A DNA stretch of 32,000 nucleotides, from the NCBI RefSeq assembly GCF_000341895.1, contig NC_020409.1:1890001-1922000 (forward strand), in the 5' to 3' direction. Numbering within the stretch: position 1 is the stretch's first letter; the number at the start of each line of letters is the position of its first letter. This stretch comes from Pseudodesulfovibrio piezophilus C1TLV30 (GTDB taxonomy: Bacteria > Desulfobacterota > Desulfovibrionia > Desulfovibrionales > Desulfovibrionaceae). Both the position numbers and the translations under genes were made by a program. The notes below the pieces were generated by a model. The model worked only from the letters and a program-made list of their open reading frames with translations. It searched no databases and was not told where the DNA came from. Positions 18,192 through 26,951 of this stretch are shown here, one piece after another.

Positions 18192-20363
18192 TTAGAAGCG
18201 CTCAAAATCCTCATCGTCGTCATCCCCCAAATCCAGGGCGACCCCACCCTCTGGAGCCTTGGGCGCAGCCTTGGAAGGAAGCGGTTTGGGCGCCGGTCTT
18301 GAAGGAGTTTTGGGAGTGGACTGAGTAACACGAACTGTTTTGTGCGTGCCTACGTTGCCAACACCAATACTGAAGTAACCAATATTTTCCTGCATGATCG
18401 CGGCATGACTCGCCAATTCCTCCGAGGACGCGGCCACCTCTTCGGACTCGGCAGAATTTTGTTGAACAACGCGATCAAGTTCCAACATGGCATTCTTGAT
18501 TTGTGTTGCCCCGGTATGCTGCTCATTACTGCCAACGGCAATTTCTTGCACCAGTTCCGCAGTTTTATTGATGTCCGGAACCATTTTCTCAAGCATCTTC
18601 CCGGCCTGTTCGGCAATCTGGACACTGCTCGCTGAAAGTTCACTGATCTCGGCAGCGGCCACACCACTTCGTTCGGCCAACTTGCGCACCTCGGCAGCGA
18701 CAACGGCAAATCCCTTGCCATGTTCTCCGGCTCGAGCTGCTTCAATGGCGGCGTTAAGCGCCAGCAGATTGGTCTGACGGGCAATCTCCTCGATAATGGC
18801 AATCTTATCTGCAATCTGTCGCATGGCCTCTACAGTCTTGCCCACAGAGTCACCACCCTGACGCGCATCCTCCGCAGCCTGGCGTGCTATCTTTTCCGTC
18901 TGATTGGCATTCTCGGTATTCTGCTCGATGTTTGATGTCATTTCTTCCATGGAGGCGGAAACCTCTTCCACGGCACTGGCCTGGTTGGTTGCTCCTTCGG
19001 AGAGCGACTGCGAGGTCATTGCCAGCTCCGAACTCCCGTTTGTCACGCTTCCGGCCGTACTCTGTATATTGGTCACAACCTCACGCAACTTGTGTGTCAT
19101 GGAGTTCACCGCAGCTCCCAATGCCTCAAGCTCATCCTTGGGACCTCTGGAGTTGACCGGTAATTGCTGAACATTGAGATTGCCGCGATCAATATCACTC
19201 ATGACGGCCACGATCCGGCTGATGGACAGACTCATGTTGCGGCCAAAGTAAAAAGAAATAAAGACACCCAAAACGACCATGAGCACTCCGATGACACCAG
19301 ACCACCATTTGGCATTGGCCAAGGCAACAGCCGCTTCATGTTTGCCCTCCATGAATTCCTGCACAAAGCCTGTTCCGACAATAATCCAGTCCCATGGCTT
19401 GAAATAGGAGGCAGTCAAAATGACTTCCTTACCATCAAGCGTGGCATCACGCGTTACCGCTTCGCCATTAGCCTGTTTGGCAGCCTCGAAAAGGTCCTTG
19501 TACACCAGCATCCCATTCTGGTCTTTGGACTCAAGCAGGTTGTCTCCCTCTCTGGAATTGTTCTTATGCATTTTGACAACTCCGGCAGCTGTACCGGACC
19601 CACCCACAACCGAAAGATATCCTGTCTCGCCGAGCACCACGGACTTGAGTCCGTCGCGCAACTGCTGGACTCCCTCCTGAAGGATGCCGACGTACAGACA
19701 GCCCAGAACATTCCCGGAAGCGTCCTTGATCGGCCGATACTGTGTCAGGTACCATGCGTTGACCACATATGCGGTCCCCCGATACGTTTCGCCGGACTTG
19801 ATCGTCTGGGCGACAATACTGGAGCTGGGGATATACGTTCCTACCGCCCGGTTCCCATCAAGCTTCATGATATTCGTTGCCACGCGCAACAAATCACCCT
19901 GTGCATTCATTGTCTGAAAAACGGTACAGGTTGTCCCTGTCATACGCATGATCTCATCGACCATGGGCGTTGTTTTATTCGGGTCCGCATTGTGGCCGAA
20001 CCAGGTGTCACCGAAAAGCATCCTGGGTAATTCAACCCGGCTCTTCTCTTTGGTAATCTGATTGAGAGCCGTCCATTCCTCAGGCTCTGTCGAGAGTGTT
20101 ATCCCACCCGCTCGATCAACAACGTCCAGCAGAACGCGCATGTCGTTTTCCAACTGGTTGGATAATGTCGCATGCTGTGTGGACAGTAGATTCCTGGCAT
20201 CATCGACCGCCAATTCGATTGTATGTTCCGCCTGTTTATCAAAATAATCCGACAGTTTCATGCCGATCTTAGAACTCTGCCAAAACAAAATAGCCAGAAT
20301 TCCAAGTGTCGTCAGCCCCACCAACGCCACTCCTAATGTCGTCAACTTCGTTCCGATCTTCAC
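18192..20363 (-). CDS. Methyl-accepting chemotaxis protein with mixed alpha/beta (Cache-like) periplasmic sensor and C-terminal DFERF tail (MCP-3)
   Basis: 723 aa with a GTG start (GGAG 9 nt upstream). The periplasmic region contains [32 protein letters not shown], which I associate with Cache-type sensors. It has HAMP, the same signalling hairpin as MCP-1 and MCP-2, and ends ...[14 protein letters not shown]. Confidence 0.9.
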   Translation of the reverse strand: MKIGTKLTTLGVALVGLTTLGILAILFWQSSKIGMKLSDYFDKQAEHTIELAVDDARNLLSTQHATLSNQLENDMRVLLDVVDRAGGITLSTEPEEWTALNQITKEKSRVELPRMLFGDTWFGHNADPNKTTPMVDEIMRMTGTTCTVFQTMNAQGDLLRVATNIMKLDGNRAVGTYIPSSSIVAQTIKSGETYRGTAYVVNAWYLTQYRPIKDASGNVLGCLYVGILQEGVQQLRDGLKSVVLGETGYLSVVGGSGTAAGVVKMHKNNSREGDNLLESKDQNGMLVYKDLFEAAKQANGEAVTRDATLDGKEVILTASYFKPWDWIIVGTGFVQEFMEGKHEAAVALANAKWWSGVIGVLMVVLGVFISFYFGRNMSLSISRIVAVMSDIDRGNLNVQQLPVNSRGPKDELEALGAAVNSMTHKLREVVTNIQSTAGSVTNGSSELAMTSQSLSEGATNQASAVEEVSASMEEMTSNIEQNTENANQTEKIARQAAEDARQGGDSVGKTVEAMRQIADKIAIIEEIARQTNLLALNAAIEAARAGEHGKGFAVVAAEVRKLAERSGVAAAEISELSASSVQIAEQAGKMLEKMVPDINKTAELVQEIAVGSNEQHTGATQIKNAMLELDRVVQQNSAESEEVAASSEELASHAAIMQENIGYFSIGVGNVGTHKTVRVTQSTPKTPSRPAPKPLPSKAAPKAPEGGVALDLGDDDDEDFERF

Positions 20364-20460
20364 GCCTGCTCACTCCGTTTTATGATTGATCTCTCAAGCG
20401 GAACCACCCAACTCCCCCGAAGACTACTTTGGACGATACCTGCCGTAATAACTTCAAGCC

Positions 20461-20466
20461 ATTATA
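20461..20466 (-). promoter_or_regulatory. Candidate -10 box (perfect TATAAT on minus strand) for MCP-3
   Basis: The complement of ATTATA at 20461-20466 lies about 98 nt upstream of the GTG start. The -35 is only a weak match (AAGACG-like). Confidence 0.3.
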
Positions 20467-20575
20467 AACAAAGAATTCCTTTTTCGTCTTGTGTAATTTA
20501 ACGGTATTGTCGGCAGGGGATTGTGTCTACCGATGAAATCCCATATAGAATACGGCTTAACACTTAGGAGGCCCC

Positions 20576-21619
20576 ATGAATCCCGCATCGCTCATTCCCT
20601 TGGCAGAGCCTATTCCTGTCCCGTGGCCATGGTTCGACGCACTGCTCGTCATCACATTCGCCGCCCATATCCTTTTCATGAACTCCATGCTCGGTTCCGC
20701 TGCCATCGGCCTTGTGCATGCCTTCAAAGGCAAAGAGGGCCTCACTCGTGACATCGGCCAGAAACTCCCTCCGCTTCTGGCCCTGACCATCAACCTGGGA
20801 GTGGCTCCCCTCCTGTTCCTACAAGTCAATTACGGACAATTCGATTACGTCAGTTCCGTCCTCATGGGAGGCTGGTGGCTCTGTGTCATCCCGGTCCTCA
20901 TTCTCTCTTATTATGGTCTCTACGCTTATAAATTCGCCTATGACTCCATGTCTCGCCCACGACGACTGGCCATCTTTTCCCTCTCTGTTGGCGGACTGCT
21001 TTATGTCGGGTTCATGCTCTCCAACAACATGACAATCATGCTCCGTCCCGAAATATGGTCCCGGTACTTCGAGGGGCATACGGCCTTTCTCAATTGGGGA
21101 GACCCCGCCATTTATCCCCGGTTCCTTCATTTCATGGTCGGAACAGTCGCCATAGGAGGAGTCTTCATCGCTCTGCTCGGGCACTGGCGCAAGCAGGAAG
21201 AATACGTGGCAATCGGCCTGACGTGGTTCATCCGCGCGACCATCGTTAATATCGCCATCGGCCTCTGGTTTCTCATGGCCCTGCCCGGAAACATGATGCT
21301 CAATTTCATGGGGCAGACCCTGCCTGCCACCGCCACTTTCGTAGCCGCCCTTGCCTCGGCTGCTCTTATGCTCTGGGCCGCGATTCGGAAAAAGACCACA
21401 CAAACGGCTGTATGGGCCGCAACCACGGTGCTCTTCATGAGCTTCACCCGGCACTGGGTTCGCACTCTCTACCTCGAACCATGGTTTCGGATAGAAACAA
21501 CCCCGATCACTCACCAGTATGGCTCACTGTATCTCTTTATCGGCTTCCTCGTTGTCGGTCTTGCCCTGATCGGGTACATGCTCAAACTCTATTTCAAATC
21601 TCGTGGGGGGGAGGCGTAA
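20576..21619 (+). CDS. Polytopic membrane protein, degenerate cytochrome-bd-subunit-I-like four-helix core (partner subunit)
   Basis: 347 aa with SD TAGGAGG 4 nt upstream and about 9 hydrophobic spans by eye. The helix pattern AAHILFMNSMLG / LTINLGVAPLLF / GGWWLCVIPVLILSYYGLY / SNNMTIMLRPEIW parallels the N-terminus of the downstream protein. Confidence 0.85.
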   Translation: MNPASLIPLAEPIPVPWPWFDALLVITFAAHILFMNSMLGSAAIGLVHAFKGKEGLTRDIGQKLPPLLALTINLGVAPLLFLQVNYGQFDYVSSVLMGGWWLCVIPVLILSYYGLYAYKFAYDSMSRPRRLAIFSLSVGGLLYVGFMLSNNMTIMLRPEIWSRYFEGHTAFLNWGDPAIYPRFLHFMVGTVAIGGVFIALLGHWRKQEEYVAIGLTWFIRATIVNIAIGLWFLMALPGNMMLNFMGQTLPATATFVAALASAALMLWAAIRKKTTQTAVWAATTVLFMSFTRHWVRTLYLEPWFRIETTPITHQYGSLYLFIGFLVVGLALIGYMLKLYFKSRGGEA

Positions 21620-21622
21620 CTC

Positions 21623-24139
21623 ATGGAATATCCTATCTGGCATCTCACCACTCTGGCTGGCGGTTTCTGGATCGCCTTCATAGCCACGGTTCATGTCTAC
21701 GTAGCCCACTTTGCTGTAGGCGGCGGACTTTTTCTGGTCCTGACGGAACGAGCCGCCTACCGTTCGGAAAACCCGCACCTGCTCGAATACGCAAAAAAAC
21801 ACACCAAGTTCTTCCTCCTGCTGACCATGGTTTTCGGAGCGGTGACCGGTGTGGCAATCTGGTTCACCATCGCACTGCTCGCACCGCAGGCAACCATCAC
21901 CCTCATCCACCAGTTCGTCTTTGGCTGGGCCGCGGAATGGGTCTGTTTTCTGGGCGAGATAGTCGCCCTGATCATCTACTATTACACATGGAAAACCATG
22001 AAACCCGGCGACCATATGACTGTGGGCTGGCTCTACTTTCTTTTCGGATGGCTTTCCCTGTTCCTGATTAACGGTATCATCGGATTCATGCTCACACCTG
22101 GGGACTGGCTCGAAACAGGATCATTCTGGGATGGTTTTTTCAATCCCTCGTTCTGGCCAGCATTGGTCTTCCGAAGCTTTTTTTCTGCGGCCTGTGCCGG
22201 ACTATTCGGCTTTGTCACCGCCACACGCATTCCCGATACAACAACACGGCACACCACCGTCCGGACCTGCTCCGCCTGGACCATCCTCGGCGTTTTGGCA
22301 ACCATGGCAGCCGGGTACTGGTATGTGACGGCTCTGCCTGCGCCACAGCAGGAAATGATCCTGCTCAAGTCCCACCGTGTCTCCGACTTCATGCAGTGGT
22401 TCTGGATTTTCGGCGTTCTGACGCTCCTTGGTGGGTTGGCTCTGGCCATCAAACTGCCCCGAGCCATGAGCTTTCCCCTGGCATTGATTGTCCTGCTCGC
22501 CGGACAGGGCCTCTTCGGTTCATTCGAATTCATCAGGGAATCAGGACGCAAACCCTACCTCATCTGGAACTACGCCTACTCCAACTCCATAATCAAAGCA
22601 CAAGTCCCGGTCATCAACCAGAAAGGGGCCATTGCCAGTGCGCGATGGGCACCACATGAGCTGAAAACCGGCATAACCGATGCCAATGTGATGCAGGCGG
22701 GTGAATTCCTCTACCAACTCGAATGTGCTTCCTGCCACTCCATCGGCGGTCCCATGAACGAAATCCGCAAACGCACACGAAACTATGACACCAACGCCAT
22801 GGAAGCCTTCCTGACAGGCATGGGCAAACTCAACAGATACATGCCCCCCTTCATCGGCACGAGGCAGGAAAAAACTGCGTTGGCGATCTATATCGCCCAA
22901 GGGCTGAACAAAAATGAAAGTGTAGAACCTGTCGCCATCCCGACACCGGAACCGACCACACCTGCTCCTTTTGATTCCGTCCACTCCGAATACACCCTGA
23001 CGGCATGGGCTGATCAGGGTATGCAGTTCTATGTTCAATCAAGGCAATTCACCCTCCTCCCTGCCGGAAACATGATGCGTGCCCAACTCGTACGACGAGG
23101 CAGCTCTCCAGAAATAGTCACTGAAGACATCAAGATGCACTACAGCATGGAACCGGGATTCAAAGGTGAGAATCTGAGCGGCGAGCTTGAGGCATTCCCA
23201 GAGGCCGGACGATTTGAGGGGCGATTGGCGATTCATCCCTTCAAGGACGGCGTCTTTGAGCCACTGCCTATAATGACCCTGGAAGCCCGAACGCCTGAAG
23301 ATGAAATCCTGGCAACAGCCAAAGTGACAGTCCCGACCAGTGACCAAATGGGCTGTCGCAATTGTCATGGCGGGGATTGGGAACAGAATGGACACGGCAT
23401 AGCCTCGCCCACGGCAGCCAACATCCTCGAAACACACGACCGCATGAATAATACAAATCATGTGGAACGAGCAAAAAAAGGCCCTATCCTCTGCATAGAA
23501 TGCCATGATGATCCAGCTCAAAATGCACAAGGATCAAATGGCTATCCAACGCTTTCCGCCGCCATTCACGGTACCCATGCCGTTTTTCTGGCCGGACGGG
23601 ATGCAGAGGATTCCTGCCTGAAATGCCACCCGAAGAACTCCCTGCGAGGACAGCACAAAGGCGTGGGTCTAGAGTGCACCAATTGCCACGGCTCCATGGA
23701 AAATCACGCCATATCCCTGCTCAAGGCCGATCAAGTGCAGGGCAAGAAAACCGCAGACAGATTATTATCACTGATCAAGCCCAGTGGAGACCAGACTATC
23801 GAAAGCATCAATCCCAGAAAACCCTGGATCAACGAACCGGACTGCCTGACCTGCCATGTGGACTTTGAAACACCGGAAACCGATATGGGCTTCAATACCT
23901 GGACCAAAGATGAAGGTGCCCTTTATTCCATCCGACGCGACGACATGGAAGCCATACACTGCGCCGGATGCCACGGAAGCCCCCATGCCATATACCCCGC
24001 AACGGAACGGGACAACGTTTTACCTCTGCAATACATGGGAGCAGCCCAGAGCTTTGGTGCCGACGGAAGCTGCTCGGTCTGCCATATTGATATGATGGAT
24101 TATCCCATGCATCACCCAGGCATGGGTATAGAAGAATAA
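21623..24139 (+). CDS. Cytochrome bd subunit I (CydA)-like 8-helix membrane domain fused to periplasmic mono-haem c domain plus seven-haem c domain
   Basis: 838 aa. SD GGAGG lies within the end of the upstream gene, and the ATG is 3 nt after its stop. Residues 1-160 align by eye with the CydA helices 1-4 blocks. There are 8 CxxCH motifs: C368ASCH, C578RNCH, C624IECH, C665LKCH, C685TNCH, C741LTCH, C780AGCH, C817SVCH. Confidence 0.9.
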   Translation: MEYPIWHLTTLAGGFWIAFIATVHVYVAHFAVGGGLFLVLTERAAYRSENPHLLEYAKKHTKFFLLLTMVFGAVTGVAIWFTIALLAPQATITLIHQFVFGWAAEWVCFLGEIVALIIYYYTWKTMKPGDHMTVGWLYFLFGWLSLFLINGIIGFMLTPGDWLETGSFWDGFFNPSFWPALVFRSFFSAACAGLFGFVTATRIPDTTTRHTTVRTCSAWTILGVLATMAAGYWYVTALPAPQQEMILLKSHRVSDFMQWFWIFGVLTLLGGLALAIKLPRAMSFPLALIVLLAGQGLFGSFEFIRESGRKPYLIWNYAYSNSIIKAQVPVINQKGAIASARWAPHELKTGITDANVMQAGEFLYQLECASCHSIGGPMNEIRKRTRNYDTNAMEAFLTGMGKLNRYMPPFIGTRQEKTALAIYIAQGLNKNESVEPVAIPTPEPTTPAPFDSVHSEYTLTAWADQGMQFYVQSRQFTLLPAGNMMRAQLVRRGSSPEIVTEDIKMHYSMEPGFKGENLSGELEAFPEAGRFEGRLAIHPFKDGVFEPLPIMTLEARTPEDEILATAKVTVPTSDQMGCRNCHGGDWEQNGHGIASPTAANILETHDRMNNTNHVERAKKGPILCIECHDDPAQNAQGSNGYPTLSAAIHGTHAVFLAGRDAEDSCLKCHPKNSLRGQHKGVGLECTNCHGSMENHAISLLKADQVQGKKTADRLLSLIKPSGDQTIESINPRKPWINEPDCLTCHVDFETPETDMGFNTWTKDEGALYSIRRDDMEAIHCAGCHGSPHAIYPATERDNVLPLQYMGAAQSFGADGSCSVCHIDMMDYPMHHPGMGIEE

Positions 24140-24148
24140 CAGCAAAGA

Positions 24149-24172
24149 CCTCCCGGAAACCGGAGGCCTTTT
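24149..24172 (+). terminator. Probable terminator of the bd-like operon
   Basis: CCTCCCGG-aaa-CCGGAGG (stem with a one-base bulge) followed by CCTTTTCC. On the opposite strand it is followed by TTTGCTGTTATT, so it may act in both directions. Confidence 0.5.
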
Positions 24173-24502
24173 CCAGAACTCTTGACAGATGGACAGAATC
24201 CCCCGGAGACATTTGTTTCTGGGGGATTCTTCATGGGAAACTCATTTCCATATCATCTCTCGATTTCGCCAATGGCAAGAATGGGCTTCTCAAGAAAAGG
24301 GCTCTTGAGCCATCGAAGGCGAAACCACCTGACAATCCCGCCGCAGGCGGTTTTCCCTTCTGTCTTTTCAATAGTGAAAAACCGCCCTGCACGGAAACCA
24401 GAGCCTTTTTCACAGAAGAAAAATCCCTATGCCGAGAAATTCCCACACAAAGACGGCACTGAGCAACGGCCCTCATGCATGGTTCCGCATTCTCCCGCAC
24501 CA

Positions 24503-24532
24503 GAAAAAAAGGCTCCCCGATCTCGGAGAGCC
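24503..24532 (-). terminator. Rho-independent terminator of cysS
   Basis: The minus strand reads GGCTCTCCG-agat-CGGGGAGCC (9 bp with one mismatch) followed by TTTTTTTCTGG. Confidence 0.7.
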
Positions 24533-24566
24533 ATTTTCTATCTTATCTACCAAGAGGAAAGCCCTT

Positions 24567-26024
24567 CTACAGGACATCCCACGTCGCCCCTTGCGGGGTA
24601 TCTTTCACTTCAACTTTCATGGCCATCAATTCATCTCGAATGGCGTCAGATTTTTCAAAATCCTTATTGGCACGAGCTTCTTTGCGAGCACCGAGCAACT
24701 TCTGCACCCTGACCGGATCAATATCGGAACGTACGGCTCGGTTGTCGCGCAGTTCCACCAGAAAATCTTCTGGCTGACATTCAAAAATCCCCAGGACAGC
24801 ACCCCAGGTTTTCATGTCATCCATAATGCGAAGGAGCATATCCCGGCCCCCTTCCGACTTGCGCAGATTCTTGTCTTCGACAATGCGTCCGGTCAGGCGA
24901 ATGGCGGAAAACACATGCCCCAGCGCTCCCGCGGTATTCATGTCATCTTCCATGGCCTCGACCCAATGCTTCTCGATCTCGTCCAACTCCGTGACCAGCT
25001 CTTCCGGGAAAGGAGATTTCTTCCATTGAGTCTTGGCAAGTTCCACATCGGCCTGCGCCAGGGCTGAGTAAATGCGCTTGATGCCTTTTTCCGCTTCCTC
25101 AAGAGCCTCAAACGAAAAGTCCAGGGGAGAGCGGTAATGCATGGTCAACAGGAAATACCGCAGCGTCTCAGGTAAAAATTTGTCCAGAATATCCCGAATG
25201 GTGAAAAAATTGCCAAGAGATTTCGACATTTTCTCCGAATTGATCTGCACAAACCCGTTGTGGACCCAATACTTGGCAAACGGTTTCCCTGTGGCCGCCT
25301 CGGATTGGGCTATCTCGTTCTCATGGTGCGGAAAAGACAAATCCTGTCCGCCACCATGGATATCCAGCGGCAACGGAGCATATTTTTCGCTCATGGCGGA
25401 ACATTCGAGATGCCAGCCAGGACGCCCCTGCCCCCAGGGAGATTCCCAGGAAGGCTCGCCGGGCTTGGCTCCTTTCCAAAGGGCGAAGTCGAGAGGGTCC
25501 TGCTTCTCTTCGCCCGGAGCAATGCGCGCCCCGGACTCCAACTCATCCACATTCCGGCCCGAAAGCTTGCCATAGTCCTCAAAGGAACGAACACGAAAAT
25601 AGACATCGCCCGACGGGGTGGCATAGGCGTGGTCTGTCTCGATAAGGTGTTGAGTCAATGCGATCATTTCCGGGATATGTTCGGTACATTTCGGTTCGAT
25701 GTCAGCTCGGTTGACGGAAAGCCTATCCATGTCCACATAAAATTCACCAATGAATTTTTCAGCTATCTCGCCCGCTTCCTTGCCGACCTCATTGGCCCGC
25801 TTGATGATCTTGTCGTCAATATCTGTAAAGTTGCGGATGAATGTGACATCAAAACCCTTATGACGCAGATAGCGGTAAAGTACATCAAAGACCACACTGG
25901 AACGGGCATGTCCGATATGACACAAGTCATAAGCGGTGATACCGCACACATACATGTTGACCTTGTTTTCGTGTATCGGGGTAAATTCCTGCTTCTGCCG
26001 CGCCAGGGTATTGTAGAGTCTCAT
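24567..26024 (-). CDS. cysS: Cysteine--tRNA ligase
   Basis: ORF 24567..26027 (TTG) trimmed to ATG 26024, with GGAG 7 nt upstream. MRLYNTLARQKQEF..., the HIGH motif (CHIGHARS) and the KMSKS motif (EKMSKSLGN) are present. Confidence 0.95.
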   Translation of the reverse strand: MRLYNTLARQKQEFTPIHENKVNMYVCGITAYDLCHIGHARSSVVFDVLYRYLRHKGFDVTFIRNFTDIDDKIIKRANEVGKEAGEIAEKFIGEFYVDMDRLSVNRADIEPKCTEHIPEMIALTQHLIETDHAYATPSGDVYFRVRSFEDYGKLSGRNVDELESGARIAPGEEKQDPLDFALWKGAKPGEPSWESPWGQGRPGWHLECSAMSEKYAPLPLDIHGGGQDLSFPHHENEIAQSEAATGKPFAKYWVHNGFVQINSEKMSKSLGNFFTIRDILDKFLPETLRYFLLTMHYRSPLDFSFEALEEAEKGIKRIYSALAQADVELAKTQWKKSPFPEELVTELDEIEKHWVEAMEDDMNTAGALGHVFSAIRLTGRIVEDKNLRKSEGGRDMLLRIMDDMKTWGAVLGIFECQPEDFLVELRDNRAVRSDIDPVRVQKLLGARKEARANKDFEKSDAIRDELMAMKVEVKDTPQGATWDVL

Positions 26025-26067
26025 CAAAAAGCTCCGTCGTTATTCTCTTGTAATTACTATAAATCGA

Positions 26068-26949
26068 TTAAATATCGTCGTTTGATCCCGCCGTTGCGGA
26101 GATATTCATCAAGCGCATATTTTCATAAATATCCCGCCCCAGAAAACACGCCAGAAACGGAACTGGTTCCACAGGCTTTGCCTCCAGGAAAAGCGTTCCG
26201 GGCTTCACAAGAAACTTTCGTAATCCGGTCAGGACTCCCTCTGCCACAGGATTTTTCGAATCCCCGGCATAATCTGCCATGAGGGCAAGCTCTGTCACCA
26301 TCTGATTACGAGCCACAGGATCACTTGTCCCGAAACTTTTGGCGATGGAATGGACAACGGCTCTGACCATGCCATGGTCCGTCACAGTCAGCATCGCGTG
26401 TTCCATGCGCAAACCAATGATTTTTTCCATACGGAATGCATCCAGGTCAAGCCTATCCAGAGTTGTCGCCAAATGCAGATCTCCCAAGTCTTCGGCTTTC
26501 ACGACCAGTTCGTCCACTTTCAGTTGTTTCTCTTTGGCATCATACTCATAGCTCATGCCAAAGCTCCCGTGAACCGTGGAAAATCCCGATGCGAGCAATG
26601 GGGCTGCCCATGACCCGAAATTGGAAAATGTGGTTTCCATGGAGACTCCGATTGCCTCCACCGTCGCAAAATGCGGAACCGGATTCTCTTGGTCAAACCG
26701 AGAAATACGCAGAACATCCGCAGTGAAATATTTTCCGTCAGGAAGATGCGTCTCGACATTTTCCAGTGTCACCGCATGGTCTGTCAGTGAGACGGAAAGG
26801 TCACCATAAGAAAGCTCCAGTCCCGGAGTTTCGGCCACGACACGATCTATCTCTCTGGAGACTTCACTGTTCACAAACCACATAAGCCCGAAAGAGCAAA
26901 CCGCAATGAACAAACAGAAAGAAAAAAAGAATTTCCAGATACGAGACAT
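26068..26949 (-). CDS. Hypothetical protein with N-terminal signal-anchor helix
   Basis: ORF 26068..26955 (TTG) trimmed to ATG 26949, 2 nt after the ispDF stop. MSRIWKFFFSFCLFIAVCSFGLMWFV forms the anchor. I recognise no motif in the rest. Confidence 0.7.
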   Translation of the reverse strand: MSRIWKFFFSFCLFIAVCSFGLMWFVNSEVSREIDRVVAETPGLELSYGDLSVSLTDHAVTLENVETHLPDGKYFTADVLRISRFDQENPVPHFATVEAIGVSMETTFSNFGSWAAPLLASGFSTVHGSFGMSYEYDAKEKQLKVDELVVKAEDLGDLHLATTLDRLDLDAFRMEKIIGLRMEHAMLTVTDHGMVRAVVHSIAKSFGTSDPVARNQMVTELALMADYAGDSKNPVAEGVLTGLRKFLVKPGTLFLEAKPVEPVPFLACFLGRDIYENMRLMNISATAGSNDDI

Positions 26950-26951
26950 TG

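Noticed and set aside
14014-20030. Antisense ORFs inside the three MCP genes (14014..14856, 14363..14863, 15386..16291, 16303..16740, 19164..20030 and smaller ones)
   Set aside because: The MCP frames contain the invariant signalling hairpin, TM segments and SDs. The opposite-strand products are Ala/Ser/Cys-rich, as expected from reverse-reading Ala/Glu-rich coiled-coil genes.
20508-20524. CooA-like half-site TGTCGGC and sigma54-like GGCAG-N5-TTGT upstream of the bd-like operon
   Set aside because: Only one half of the CooA palindrome is present. The sigma54-like element is 1 nt short in spacing and lacks the conserved GC of the -12 box.
24182-24712. 176-aa plus ORF and 89-aa minus ORF (24231..24500) in the convergent intergenic region
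   Set aside because: The plus ORF runs through the cysS terminator into antisense cysS. Neither ORF has a convincing SD or motif. The region is treated as non-coding, possibly an sRNA.
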